This document shows, in pieces, positions 6,806 through 16,880 of a DNA stretch of 64,000 nt. Origin of the DNA: Desulfomicrobium sp. (lineage in GTDB: Bacteria > Desulfobacterota > Desulfovibrionia > Desulfovibrionales > Desulfomicrobiaceae). Under the pieces are notes generated by a model, which saw only the letters and a list, made by a program, of their open reading frames with translations, was not told where the DNA came from and did not search any database. Both the position numbers and the translations under genes were made by a program. The stretch covers positions 896,001-960,000 of the forward strand of contig JAXGMI010000001.1 of assembly GCA_040768745.1 (NCBI GenBank), in the 5' to 3' direction. Numbering within the stretch: position 1 is the stretch's first letter; each line of letters starts with the position of its first letter.

Positions 6806-7903
6806 ATGACCCCAGACCGCGTCACCCATTACCAGCGCAAATTCGAGCAGATCCTCGGCCCCGTGGCCAGGGCCTACGCCCGGATCATGCGCCTGCGCGC
6901 CGGCCTGTACGCCTCGGGCCGCCTGTCCTCCTGGCGGCCCCCGGCCCCGTGCATCAGCGTGGGCAACATCTCCTGGGGCGGAACGGGCAAGACCCCGGTG
7001 GTGGCCTGGCTTCTGGACTGGGCCATCGGGGAGGGGCTGCGGCCGGTGGTGCTGACCCGGGGCTACGGCGGCATGCCGCCGCACCGCCCCTATGACGTGC
7101 AGCTCCTCAGTCCCCCGCGCGAAGCCGGGGACGAGCCCCTGCTCCTCAAGCGCGCCTTTCCCCAGGCCCGGATCATGGTCGATCCCAACCGGGTCCGCGC
7201 CGGAAAGCAGGCCGCCGCCGAAAACGGAGTCGACCTGTTCGTGCTGGACGACGGGTACCAGCACCTGCGGGTAACCCGGGACCTGAACCTCTGCCTGCTC
7301 TGCCCCCCGGACCTGGACACCCAATGGAACCGCGTCCTGCCGGTCGGCTCGTGGCGTGAGGACGTTTCGGCCCTGGCCCGGGCCGATGCCTTCCTGATCA
7401 ACACCATGTTCGACGACGACGGATGCCTGGAGATGATCGCCCGCATCCAGCTGGTGTCCCTGGGCAAGCCTATCTTCTTTTTTCAGGTCACGGCCCGGGG
7501 AGTGGCCAACACCCTGACCGGCGAGACCCTGAACAGCCTGGCGGGCCAGCGCTTCATCCTGGTCACAGGCATCGCCAACCCCCAGAAGGTCTCCCAGACC
7601 TGCCGGAACGATCTCGGCGAAGCACCCGTCCGGCACCTCATCTACGCGGACCACCACTCCTTCACCCAGGATGACTGGAACGCCATTGCGGCTGCAGCCG
7701 ATCGCAACGAATGCACCCGCATCGTGTGCACCCCCAAGGACGCCGTCAAACTGGCCCCTTTTGCCGACCACCGGCTGTGGGCCACACAGCTGACCACGTC
7801 CTTCTCCTCTGTGGGGTCCCAATCCTTCCGTGCCTGGCTTGACGCCTGCATGACCTTTTTACCCCGGAATTTCCATGCCTCCCAAGAAAAAACAGACCCC
7901 TAG
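6806..7903 (+). CDS. lpxK: Tetraacyldisaccharide 4'-kinase
   Basis: SVGNISWGGTGKTP, LTRGYGG, GDEPLLL, LDDGYQH, TPKDAVK. Confidence 0.95.
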   Translation: MTPDRVTHYQRKFEQILGPVARAYARIMRLRAGLYASGRLSSWRPPAPCISVGNISWGGTGKTPVVAWLLDWAIGEGLRPVVLTRGYGGMPPHRPYDVQLLSPPREAGDEPLLLKRAFPQARIMVDPNRVRAGKQAAAENGVDLFVLDDGYQHLRVTRDLNLCLLCPPDLDTQWNRVLPVGSWREDVSALARADAFLINTMFDDDGCLEMIARIQLVSLGKPIFFFQVTARGVANTLTGETLNSLAGQRFILVTGIANPQKVSQTCRNDLGEAPVRHLIYADHHSFTQDDWNAIAAAADRNECTRIVCTPKDAVKLAPFADHRLWATQLTTSFSSVGSQSFRAWLDACMTFLPRNFHASQEKTDP

Positions 7904-9977
7904 ATTCTCCGCCAAGAGCCTCCTCGCCCTGCTCAAGGAATCCGGCTCCCCGCTGCCTCCCAAGACCATCTTCGGCACCTTCCAGGCCGACGCCTCCCTG
8001 AAGAAAGTGATCAAATCCACCCTGGCCCAACTGGCCGCAGCCGGCCAGATCCAGCAGGTCGGCAAAAGCTTCGGGCTGCTGGAGAACCTGCCCCAGGTCA
8101 CAGGGGTTCTGGATGTGCGCCGCTCCGGGGTGGGCTTTGTCATCCCCGAAAACCGGCAGGGCCGGGACGTGTTCATCCACCCTGGCAATTTCGGCGAGGC
8201 CTGGCCCGGGGACAAGGTCGTGGCCGTGGTGGACAGCCAGCGCCGCAAGGACTCCCCCGAAGGCCGCATCGTGCGCGTCATCGAGCGGGGGACCAGGGAA
8301 CTCATGGTCCGGGTCCGCCGCCGTGTGGCCGCAAACAGCTACTTCTGCCACCCCACGGACTCCCGCATGCCCTTCTACGCCGTGGTGGACACCAGCGCGG
8401 TGCCCGACCCCGAAAAGGGGGACATCCTGAGCGTGACCCTGGTGCGGGAGCAGGAAAAGGGCCTCTGGCAGTGCACGGCCCTGCGCCGCCTGGGCGAGGA
8501 ACGGGACCTGGCCACGCAGGAACTGCTGGTCAAGACGGGATACGGCATCGCCGAGCAGTTTCCCCAGGCGGCCCTGCGCCAGGCCCGGGATCTGCCCGAG
8601 GCCCCCGGCCCGGAAGACTGGCAGGATCGCATGGACCTGCGCCAGCTGCCCCTGGTGACCATCGACGGGGAGACGGCCAAGGATTTCGACGACGCGGTGT
8701 ACGTGGAACGCCAGGAAAACGGGTACCGTCTGTTGGTGGCCATCGCCGACGTGGCCCACTACGTGCCCGAAGGCTCGGCCCTGGACCTGGAAGCCAGGGA
8801 CCGGGGTAATTCCTACTACTTTCCCCTGTCCGTGGAACCCATGTTCCCCGAGGCCCTGTCCAACGGCCTGTGCAGCCTGCGGCCCCACCTGCCGCGCCTG
8901 GCCATGGTCGTGGACACGCCCTACTCCCTGGACGGCCGGCCCGGGTCGCCTCGGCTCTACAGCGCCGTGATCCGGAGCGCGGCCCGCCTGACCTACACCC
9001 AGGTCCAGCAGGCCCTGGACGGGGACCCGGACCAGACCACCCGGCCCCTGCTGCCCATGCTGGAACAGGCCAGGGAACTGGCCCTGCTCTTCATGCAGCT
9101 CCGCGCGGAACGGGGCTGCCTGGACTTCGACATCCCCGAGGCCGCGGTCACCCTGGACCAGGGCGTGGTGCGGGTCGGGACCACGACCCGGCTCTTCAGC
9201 CACCGGCTCATCGAGGAGTTCATGATCGCGGCCAACGAGCGGGTAGCCGAATACCTGGGCGGCCGGCAGCGGGTTTTCCCCTACCGCATCCATCCCCAGC
9301 CCGACGAACGCAAGCTGGAAGGCCTGCTGGGCATGCTGGCCCACACGGCCGTGGCGGACAGGCTGCCGAGGACGACCGACCAGGCCGGCCTGCAGCAGCT
9401 GTCCCGGGCCGTGCACGGCACGGACCTCGAATATTTGGTCAACCGTTTGATTTTACGGACCATGATGCAGGCCCAGTACTCTCCCGACAACGACGGCCAC
9501 TACGGTCTGGCCTCGGAAGCCTACTGCCATTTCACCTCGCCCATCCGGCGCTACGCCGACCTGCTGGTGCACCGCAGCCTGAAGCGGCTTGTGGCCGGGC
9601 AGGCCGAAAGCATGGAGCCCGAGGCGCTGCATGCCATCTGCGAAGGAATGAACGCCTGCGAGCGCAAGGCCATGGAGGCGGAACGGGAAATACAGAAAAG
9701 GGCGGCCATTCTGGCCCTGGAGGACAGGGTCGGCGAAGAGATGCGCGGGGTCATCTCCGGGGTGGCGGATTTCGGATTCTGGGTGGAGCTGCTGGACATC
9801 CCGGCGGACGGCCTGGTCCGCCTGGCCACCCTGGACGACTACTACGTCTATGATCCCGAGCGGCAGGACCTTCTGGGCCAGCGCACGGGCAGGACCTTCG
9901 CCATGGGCCAGACCCTGACCGTGATCCTGGAGCATGTCAGCCTGGAACGGGTGGAGATCAACTTCATCCTGCCCTGA
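7875..9977 (+). CDS. rnr: Ribonuclease R (RNB family)
   Basis: TIDGETAKDFDDA, IEEFMIAAN, HFTSPIRRYADLLVHR, C-terminal S1 domain. Confidence 0.93.
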   Translation: MPPKKKQTPRFSAKSLLALLKESGSPLPPKTIFGTFQADASLKKVIKSTLAQLAAAGQIQQVGKSFGLLENLPQVTGVLDVRRSGVGFVIPENRQGRDVFIHPGNFGEAWPGDKVVAVVDSQRRKDSPEGRIVRVIERGTRELMVRVRRRVAANSYFCHPTDSRMPFYAVVDTSAVPDPEKGDILSVTLVREQEKGLWQCTALRRLGEERDLATQELLVKTGYGIAEQFPQAALRQARDLPEAPGPEDWQDRMDLRQLPLVTIDGETAKDFDDAVYVERQENGYRLLVAIADVAHYVPEGSALDLEARDRGNSYYFPLSVEPMFPEALSNGLCSLRPHLPRLAMVVDTPYSLDGRPGSPRLYSAVIRSAARLTYTQVQQALDGDPDQTTRPLLPMLEQARELALLFMQLRAERGCLDFDIPEAAVTLDQGVVRVGTTTRLFSHRLIEEFMIAANERVAEYLGGRQRVFPYRIHPQPDERKLEGLLGMLAHTAVADRLPRTTDQAGLQQLSRAVHGTDLEYLVNRLILRTMMQAQYSPDNDGHYGLASEAYCHFTSPIRRYADLLVHRSLKRLVAGQAESMEPEALHAICEGMNACERKAMEAEREIQKRAAILALEDRVGEEMRGVISGVADFGFWVELLDIPADGLVRLATLDDYYVYDPERQDLLGQRTGRTFAMGQTLTVILEHVSLERVEINFILP

Positions 9978-10204
9978 AGCTGATAAGGAGTTGCGGGAAG
10001 AAATTTCATCCCTATGGAGCGGAGTGAAAAAATAGACTCACCCTTCCGGTCATGAAAGAGACAAAGGCATGGATCCCAGTCCGCACGGAGATGACGCCGA
10101 AACTGCTTCCAAGCCCCCATGTCATTCCCGCGAACGTGTGCCCGACAGGGTAAATCCATCGGTGTACGTGATGCGGCAAGGCAGGACCCGCCTTGCCTCC
10201 CCCC

Positions 10205-11569
10205 TCACTTCCCGATGCAGAAACGGTCGAAGACGGCGTTTAGCACGTCCTCCGAGGCCATCTCGCCGGTGATCTCGCCCAGGACGGCGCAGGCCGTGTC
10301 CAGACGCACGGACAAGAGGTCGTAGGGCAGGCCGTTTTCCAGCTCCCCGAGCATGGCTTCCAGTTCCCGCGCGGCCCGCTGGAGGGCGTCGTGCTGGCGC
10401 AGGTTGGGCACGGGGGCGTCGGGGCCAGGTGCGTTCCCGCCGGCCACTTGCGCGCGCACCGTGGCCAGCAGCTCCTGCACACCCTGCCCGAACTTGGCTG
10501 CAATGGGGCAGAGGACCTTGCCCTTCCAGGGCTCCTCCCCGAACCAGGCCGGGCAGCCCGCCAACAGGTCCATCTTGTTGGCGACGATGACCAGGTCCGG
10601 GACCTCGGCGGCCAGGTCCAGGTCCTCGGCCCCGGGGCCCAGGTCCGCGTCGATGACCAGAAGGACCAGATCGGCCCGGCGCATCAGTTCGCGAGTGCGC
10701 TCCATGCCCAACAGTTCCACCTCGTCCCCGGCCGCGCGGAGCCCGGCCGTGTCCACCAGGCGCACGGGCAGGCCGTCCAGGTGCACAGACTCCTCCAGAT
10801 AGTCCCGGGTGGTGCCCGGGATCTCGGTCACGATGGCCCGGTTGACACCCAGGATGGCGTTCATCAGGCTGGACTTGCCGGCATTGACCTGCCCGGCCAG
10901 CACCACCAGGGCCCCGTCCCGCCAACACCGGGCCTGGTCGTAACTGCCGGCCAGATCGAGCATGGCCTGCCGCGTCTCGTTCAGCCGCTGAAGAAGTTCG
11001 GCCGGGGCCAGGCACTCCACCTCGTCCTCCGGAAAATCCACGGCCACGCACAACTGGGCGCGCAGGCCTTCCAGCAGGCCGCGCAGTTCACCGATCCGGC
11101 GGGCCAGCAGGCCGTCCAGCTTGCTCCCAGCCAGCCCCACGGCCACTTCCGACCTGGCCTGCACCAGCTCCATGATGGCCTCGGCCTGGGTCAGATCCAC
11201 GCGCCCGTTCAAAAAGGCCCGCTTGGAAAACTCCCCTGGCCCGGCCAGCCTGGCCCCGCGGGCCAGACACTCCTCCACCACCTCCCGAAGCACGGTTCCA
11301 CCCCCGTGACAGTGCAACTCCGCCACATCCTCCCCGGTAAAGGAGCGCGGCCCAGGCATCCAGGCCAGCAGCACCTCGTCCACAAACCTCCCGCCCTGGC
11401 CGAGGATGCGGCCATGGTGCAGGTGGTAGGGCTTCAGGCCGCCGAAGCGCGGACGGGAGGAATGGAAAAGGGCCAGGGCGATGTCCCGGCTGGCAGGTCC
11501 GCTCAGGCGGACAATGCCGATGGCGCCCTGGCCTGGGGGGGTGGCTATGGCAACGATGGTGTCATTCAT
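10205..11569 (-). CDS. mnmE: tRNA modification GTPase MnmE
   Basis: DTIVAIATPPG, NAGKSSL, GTTRD, DTAGLR, NKMD, terminal FCIGK. Confidence 0.97.
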   Translation of the reverse strand: MNDTIVAIATPPGQGAIGIVRLSGPASRDIALALFHSSRPRFGGLKPYHLHHGRILGQGGRFVDEVLLAWMPGPRSFTGEDVAELHCHGGGTVLREVVEECLARGARLAGPGEFSKRAFLNGRVDLTQAEAIMELVQARSEVAVGLAGSKLDGLLARRIGELRGLLEGLRAQLCVAVDFPEDEVECLAPAELLQRLNETRQAMLDLAGSYDQARCWRDGALVVLAGQVNAGKSSLMNAILGVNRAIVTEIPGTTRDYLEESVHLDGLPVRLVDTAGLRAAGDEVELLGMERTRELMRRADLVLLVIDADLGPGAEDLDLAAEVPDLVIVANKMDLLAGCPAWFGEEPWKGKVLCPIAAKFGQGVQELLATVRAQVAGGNAPGPDAPVPNLRQHDALQRAARELEAMLGELENGLPYDLLSVRLDTACAVLGEITGEMASEDVLNAVFDRFCIGK

Positions 11570-11608
11570 GGCTTGAAATGCTGGCGGGACAGGAAGACCG
11601 CCCTGGTT

Positions 11609-12502
11609 TCAGGATTCTCTGGTCTGGGAAGAGCCCCCGCTTCGGGGAGACCGGCCCGGGGACTTGGCCCGCTTGACCGGCAGGATCAGCACCCGCTTCT
11701 TGGAACCCTCCCCCTTGCTTCTGGTCTGCACTTCCTTGTCGTCCTGCAGGGCCATGTGCACGACCCGGCGATGAAAGGAACTCAGCGGCCGAGTGCTCTG
11801 CACCTTGCCGGATTTCTTTGCCTTTTCCGACAGGAACTGGGCCATGCCCAAAAGCTGTTCCTCCTGTTTCTGGCGGTAGTCCCCGGCATCGAGCTGGATG
11901 CGGGGACTCTGGGGCCAGGTCTTGGACACGATGCGGTTGGCCAGGTACTGCAGCGCGGTGATGGTCTGGCCGTCCCGGCCGATGATCAGCCCGGAATTCT
12001 CCTCGTCCGCGATGTGCACGGTCACGACGTCTTCGTTCACCGCGACGGTCAGAACGGGGTCCGCACAAACGGGCCGCAGGAGCGCGGCCATGATGGTCCG
12101 GACCTCGCTGGCCAGACGCCCCTGCTCCTCCTGGGACAGGACCGCGGCGACCCTCGGCTCCTCGTCCTCCTCGAACTCCGCCTCGGCCTCCATCTGAACT
12201 GCCTCGGCGTCAGGGGGCAGGTCCGCCACACCCCTTGCCTCTTCGATCTTCGCAAGGGGCAGGTCCCCCGCGTCCTGGACCGCCGCTGCGGCTGTTTCCG
12301 GGACTGCGGCCGGGGAGGTCGGTGTGGACCGTCTCCGCCTGGCCCGAATGGCGGCCTTCTTGGCGCCCAGCCCGAAGATACCGGTCGAACCGCCGCTGAC
12401 AATCTCGATTTCCAGGGCATCCCGGTCCACGGCGAAAAAGCGGCATGCATCCGCAATGGCCTGATCCACGGTCTTGGCCCGAAACTCCTTATATGTATCC
12501 AT
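11609..12502 (-). CDS. jag: Jag/EloR (KhpB) RNA-binding protein, KH + R3H domains
   Basis: KTVDQAI N-terminus, GLIIGRDGQT, RRVVHMAL (R3H); canonical position between yidC and mnmE. Start chosen at the RBS-preceded MDTYK. Confidence 0.92.
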   Translation of the reverse strand: MDTYKEFRAKTVDQAIADACRFFAVDRDALEIEIVSGGSTGIFGLGAKKAAIRARRRRSTPTSPAAVPETAAAAVQDAGDLPLAKIEEARGVADLPPDAEAVQMEAEAEFEEDEEPRVAAVLSQEEQGRLASEVRTIMAALLRPVCADPVLTVAVNEDVVTVHIADEENSGLIIGRDGQTITALQYLANRIVSKTWPQSPRIQLDAGDYRQKQEEQLLGMAQFLSEKAKKSGKVQSTRPLSSFHRRVVHMALQDDKEVQTRSKGEGSKKRVLILPVKRAKSPGRSPRSGGSSQTRES

Positions 12503-12568
12503 CCCTTTCTCCTTGAACGCTTCCATGCCTTCGATCCTCGCGCCCTGGGGCCGCGCGAGGGGGTCCTC

Positions 12569-14188
12569 CTACTTGGCCTTTCTGATCATCAGCCACTGCT
12601 GGGCAATGGACAGCACGTTGTTGACCAGCCAATAGACGACCAGACCCGAAGGGAAGTTCAGGAAAAGGAAGGTGAAGATGACGGGCATGAGCATCATGAT
12701 CTTGGCCTGCATGGGATCGCCCATGGGCGGCGACATGCGCTGCTGCAGGAACATGGTGGCGCCCATGACCAGGGGGGTGATATAGTAGGGATCCTTGGCC
12801 GAGAGGTCGGCCAGCCAGACCAGGTCCGTGAAGGGCAGTTGGGTGATGAACGAGGCGTGCCGCAGCTCGATGGCCCCCAGCAGGGCCTGATACAAGGCGA
12901 AAAACACGGGGATCTGCAGCAGCATGGGCACGCACCCGCCGGCTGGGTTGACCTTGTAGGTCTTGTACAGCTGCATGATTTCCGCATTCATCTTCTCACG
13001 GTCGTCGGCGTACTTCTCGCGGATCTTGGCCATCATGGGTTGGAGCTTCTTCATCTGCTCCATGGATTTGTAGCTCTTGTGCGAAAGGGGCCAGAACAAA
13101 GCCTTGATGATGACCGTCAGGATGATGATGGCCACGCCGTAGTTGCCCACGTACCCGTACAGGAAATGCAGGAACTGGTTCAGGGGCTTGGCGATGATGT
13201 CAAAAAAACCGTAGTTGATGCTGGCCTTCAGGTTCTTGGGCATGATCTCCAGGGCGCCCTGGGTTTTGGGACCCAGGTAGTAGGAACAGGTCCGCAGCTG
13301 GGTGGTGCCCGGATCCAGCAGCATCTGGTCGGCGACCGTCAGCCTGTAGACGTTGTCCTCCAGCTTGGCCCGCACGATCATGTCCGCCGAAGTCGGCACC
13401 AGGGCCAGGAGGAAATAGTTGCTTTCGATCCCGCCCCACAGCGCCGGGGTGCCTGATTCCACGCCCAGCTGCAGATCCTTCTGGCTGTCCTCCTCGGTCA
13501 GCGACGTGCCAACCATGTAGGCGATCTTGGTCAGGTTGTACTTGTCGCTTTCGGCCGTGAGCGGGACGCTGGACACGGAAAAGGCCAGGTTGCCCTGGAT
13601 CTGGGCCGGCGAGGTGTTGGTGATCTTGACCTCTTCCTTGATTTCGTAGGTGCCGGCCGAGAACGACAGGACGCGCACGATCTGCACCCCGCCCAAGGTT
13701 CCGGTCAGCTGGATGGTCCCGGACTGGCCGTCGGACAGGCTGAGGCTTTCGCCCTGCACGGCCCACTGCCCCTGAGCCCATGAGGGCTGGGTGTTCCAGA
13801 TCAGGCCCAGGGGGGCCTTGGTCACGGACTGGGGCGTGACCAAGTCGATATTCCTGGAATCCGGGGCGATGGTTTCCTTGTACTCCTTGAGCACAAAACT
13901 CTCCAGCACGCCGCCGGAGGAATTGATCACCGCATGGTACAGGGGGGTGTCAACGGTCAGGCGCTCCCCGCTGGAAGGGGTGAACTGCACGGTCGGAGCG
14001 GCCGGAAGGGCTTGCGCCGGGCCCGGCGCCACAGTGCTGCTAGCCACGGTCTGGTTGGGGTCGGCCGCGGTCTGGTTATCGGTGACCAGCGGCGTGACGG
14101 GCGGGAAAAAATAATTCCAGGTCAGAAGGACCATCAGGGACAAAACCACCGCAAGGATGACACGTTTATTGTTATCCATTGATTTCAT
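12569..14188 (-). CDS. yidC: Membrane protein insertase YidC
   Basis: GNYGVAIIILT, YKVNPAGGCVPMLLQIPVF, PSGLVVYW. Confidence 0.97.
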   Translation of the reverse strand: MKSMDNNKRVILAVVLSLMVLLTWNYFFPPVTPLVTDNQTAADPNQTVASSTVAPGPAQALPAAPTVQFTPSSGERLTVDTPLYHAVINSSGGVLESFVLKEYKETIAPDSRNIDLVTPQSVTKAPLGLIWNTQPSWAQGQWAVQGESLSLSDGQSGTIQLTGTLGGVQIVRVLSFSAGTYEIKEEVKITNTSPAQIQGNLAFSVSSVPLTAESDKYNLTKIAYMVGTSLTEEDSQKDLQLGVESGTPALWGGIESNYFLLALVPTSADMIVRAKLEDNVYRLTVADQMLLDPGTTQLRTCSYYLGPKTQGALEIMPKNLKASINYGFFDIIAKPLNQFLHFLYGYVGNYGVAIIILTVIIKALFWPLSHKSYKSMEQMKKLQPMMAKIREKYADDREKMNAEIMQLYKTYKVNPAGGCVPMLLQIPVFFALYQALLGAIELRHASFITQLPFTDLVWLADLSAKDPYYITPLVMGATMFLQQRMSPPMGDPMQAKIMMLMPVIFTFLFLNFPSGLVVYWLVNNVLSIAQQWLMIRKAK

Positions 14189-14418
14189 TCTCGCTTTGAC
14201 AAGTTAGGAACAGGAACCGGATCATAGCCTCCGGCGCACAGGGGATGACAGCGAACCAGCCGGCGCAGGGTGAGGCCCATGCCCCGCACTATCCCGTGAG
14301 AAAGGACGGCCTGCCGGGCGTATTCGGAACACGAAGGCGTGAAACGGCAACAGGGAGAATAGAGTGGAGATATCAGATACTGATACAGGGTAAGAAGGGA
14401 TACGAAAGCACGGCGCAT
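14185..14418 (-). CDS. yidD: Membrane protein insertion efficiency factor YidD
   Basis: YQYLISP...CRFTPSCSEY...RCHP...GGYDPVP; ATG at 14418. Confidence 0.93.
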   Translation of the reverse strand: MRRAFVSLLTLYQYLISPLYSPCCRFTPSCSEYARQAVLSHGIVRGMGLTLRRLVRCHPLCAGGYDPVPVPNLSKRE

Positions 14419-14419
14419 G

Positions 14420-14806
14420 CTAACTCCGGTCAACCGTGGCGGGCCTGTCCTTGCAGGCGATCCTGCCCAGCAAGGGGCCAAGTTCCGCGCAGACCTGCGC
14501 AAGCCCCAGGGACTCAACGCAAATACCCCGCTTGGGCACGACAACGATATCGGCGTCCAGGGCGATTTCGTGCTGGTGGAGCCTGAAAAACTCACGCACT
14601 AGGCGCTTGATCCGATTCCGCTGCACGGAAGAACCGATTTTTCTGCTCACCGCCAGCCCAAGGCGCCAAGCCCCCCCGCCGTCATCCCGCTCATGCACAA
14701 AGAGAAGAAAACTCTTTGAAAAAAAACGACGGCCCCGATCGTAACAACAGCTAAACTGGGGCCGTCTCTTCAGTCGATTCGAGGGGGGATATGTTAGACG
14801 GCTAAT
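14420..14806 (-). CDS. rnpA: Ribonuclease P protein component (probable non-canonical ATT start)
   Basis: [25 protein letters not shown] (RNR motif); the frame stays open upstream through [14 protein letters not shown] to ATT at 14806. Start position is uncertain. Confidence 0.88.
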   Translation of the reverse strand: MSRLTYPPSNRLKRRPQFSCCYDRGRRFFSKSFLLFVHERDDGGGAWRLGLAVSRKIGSSVQRNRIKRLVREFFRLHQHEIALDADIVVVPKRGICVESLGLAQVCAELGPLLGRIACKDRPATVDRS

Positions 14807-14931
14807 CTTTTTCTTCCCTTAGCTCTTCTGCGGCGCAGCACGGCCTGCCCGTTCCTGGTCCTGGAGCGGACCAGAAATCCGTGGGTTCTCTTTCTTCTGG
14901 TGTTGCTCGGCTGATATGTTCTCTTGCTCAT
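14794..14931 (-). CDS. rpmH: 50S ribosomal protein L34
   Basis: Manual translation [55 protein letters not shown]. Confidence 0.97.
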   Translation of the reverse strand: MSKRTYQPSNTRRKRTHGFLVRSRTRNGQAVLRRRRAKGRKRLAV

Positions 14932-14962
14932 TTCTCTTCTCCTTCAAAAAAAGTAAACTGGG

Positions 14963-14991
14963 AAGCTAACCGCAAATTCACACTGCGTCAA
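14963..14991 (-). promoter_or_regulatory. Putative sigma-70 promoter of the rpmH operon
   Basis: TTGACG-N17-TAGCTT. Confidence 0.55.
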
Positions 14992-15077
14992 GATTCCACG
15001 TGCAATGCCTCGCCTGGACGTGGCCGACCTGGACAAATCCTTCGACATGCCCCACATTCCGGTCCGAGGTGACGCCC

Positions 15078-15665
15078 ATGTTCTTCCTTACCCCTGACTG
15101 GGAGATGACCCTTTTCACCTGGATCAATCAGCACTGGCGGTGCGCCCTGTTCGACCGGGTCATGCCCTTGCTGTCGGAAACAGCCTTCCTGTGGATCCTG
15201 GCCCTGGCCGCCGCAGCCCTGGTCATTTTCAGGCATCGGGTACCCGCCACGGCTGTCCTGGGCCTCTGTCTGACCATTGCCGCCTCGGACCTGACCTGCT
15301 CCGTGATCAAGGAGTCCACGGGAAGGATTCGTCCCTACCACAGCATCCCCGGAACCTGGTATGTGGATTCGGGCCAGTGGGTCCAACGCCCCGCGGATGC
15401 CCCCCCGCCCCGCAAGGAAGGCTCTTCCTATCCCTCGGCCCATGCAGCCAATGCTGCGGCCGCGACCTTTGTCCTGTTCCGGATGGTGCGAATAAAAAGC
15501 ATCTGGCTCATGCCGATTCTGATCGGCTATTCCAGAATCTACCTCGGCAAGCACTTCCCCCTTGACGTCCTGGGCGGATGGGCCATCGGCCTGGCCGTGT
15601 CCTGCGCCCTGCTGCCTCTTTATCCGGGGGTGTGGAACCGCCTTTTTTCGCGATGGATGAGGTAG
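15078..15665 (+). CDS. PAP2-family membrane phosphatase
   Basis: KESTGRIRP, SYPSAHA, SRIYLGKHFPLDV motifs; ATG at 15078 after GAGGTG. Confidence 0.9.
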   Translation: MFFLTPDWEMTLFTWINQHWRCALFDRVMPLLSETAFLWILALAAAALVIFRHRVPATAVLGLCLTIAASDLTCSVIKESTGRIRPYHSIPGTWYVDSGQWVQRPADAPPPRKEGSSYPSAHAANAAAATFVLFRMVRIKSIWLMPILIGYSRIYLGKHFPLDVLGGWAIGLAVSCALLPLYPGVWNRLFSRWMR

Positions 15666-15907
15666 AGGTTGCGGATGTAGATGATCGACCCCGTGGACTG
15701 CCCGACAATGAAGACGATGTCGCGCCGCAGGATCGCGTAGGTCAGCAGAAAAAAACTGCCCAGCAGGCTGAAATACCAGAAGCTCAGGGGAATGACGCTT
15801 TTCTTCTCCCGTTCGGATACGATCCACTGCCAGAAGAAGCGCATGAAAAAAAAGCCCTGACCCATAAATCCGATGGCCAGCAGCCACCACTGCGAAGAAG
15901 TTTCCAT
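15620..15907 (-). CDS. Lipid A biosynthesis N-terminal (LAB_N) domain membrane protein
   Basis: GFMGQGFFFMRFFWQWIVSE...SVIP..FWYFSLLG...D.VFIVGQ...YIRNL. Confidence 0.85.
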   Translation of the reverse strand: METSSQWWLLAIGFMGQGFFFMRFFWQWIVSEREKKSVIPLSFWYFSLLGSFFLLTYAILRRDIVFIVGQSTGSIIYIRNLYLIHREKRRFHTPG

Positions 15908-16067
15908 ACTGTGTCCACGGCGCAACCGCCCGTCTTTCCGATACCTGGGGGAGAAGTCCGGCTTGGCAGTCCCAGGGCCTGCGCACAATCCCGGCTTCGG
16001 GGCAACTTCTGTTCACCAGACGTGCTGCAGTGCTCGAAATGCACGGCTTCCGCCCAGCGGATACGAC

Positions 16068-16814
16068 TCAGACAGTGCCCTTTCTGATGTTCGTTTCCCT
16101 GACACGGTAGCCGATATGGCGCTTCTGCATCCAGCGCACGGCTAGAAGATCATAGGCCGCGGACCAGGCCCTGTCCCAGATCCCGTATTTGGACACACCC
16201 TTGCTGCGCGGCCGATGCCGCACCGGCACTTCCGCCACCAGGGCTCCTTCCAGCTTCATGAGGGTGGGCAAAAACCTGTGCATGCCCTTGAACATGGGTA
16301 TGGTCTTGACCAGATCGGTCCGCATGACCTTCAGGGAACACCCTGTGTCCCGGACTGTCTCCCGGCTGACCGTATTGCGGACCCAGTTGGCAAAACGGGA
16401 GGCGTAGCGCTTGACCACCGTGTCCTGCCTCCTGACCCTCCAACCGATGACCATGTCCACATCCTGGGTGACATAGACCTGGAGCATGGCCGGGATATCG
16501 GCCGGATCGTTCTGCAGGTCCGCGTCCATGGTGATCACCACATCCCCCTGGGCAGACGCAAAACCGGCCGCAAAGGCCGCTGACTGGCCGCAATTGCTCT
16601 CAAAGGAGAGATAACGGACCCGTCCGTCTTCTTTGGCGAGGCCGCGGATGATGTCCAGACTGCGGTCCGAGCTGCCGTCATCCACCAGCACCAGCTCCCA
16701 GGTCCAGACCTGGCCGGACATGGCCCGGACCACTTCCGTGTACAGATCGCGAAGATTTTCCTCTTCATTATACACTGGAATAATTAATGAAATTGTATCT
16801 ATATTTTTTTGCAT
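16068..16814 (-). CDS. GT2 glycosyltransferase (ArnC/polyprenol-phosphate sugar synthase-like)
   Basis: SLIIPVYNEEEN, VDDGSSD, MDADLQNDP, HRFLP, SKYG. Confidence 0.92.
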   Translation of the reverse strand: MQKNIDTISLIIPVYNEEENLRDLYTEVVRAMSGQVWTWELVLVDDGSSDRSLDIIRGLAKEDGRVRYLSFESNCGQSAAFAAGFASAQGDVVITMDADLQNDPADIPAMLQVYVTQDVDMVIGWRVRRQDTVVKRYASRFANWVRNTVSRETVRDTGCSLKVMRTDLVKTIPMFKGMHRFLPTLMKLEGALVAEVPVRHRPRSKGVSKYGIWDRAWSAAYDLLAVRWMQKRHIGYRVRETNIRKGTV

Positions 16815-16836
16815 ACGGAAAAAACGGATATAGTAT

Positions 16837-16865
16837 TTGACAAGGGTTGTAAACCTACATAGAAA
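16837..16865 (+). promoter_or_regulatory. Sigma-70 promoter of tRNA-fMet
   Basis: TTGACA-N17-TAGAAA, 15 bp upstream of the tRNA. Confidence 0.65.
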
Positions 16866-16880
16866 GTCTTTCTCGAATGA

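Noticed and set aside
10391..13456. 1021-aa plus-strand ORF and similar long antisense ORFs (1519..3303, 7746..9416, 25638..27812, 53118..54431)
   Set aside because: Shadow frames opposite well-supported genes, expected with high-GC codon usage; no recognisable motifs.
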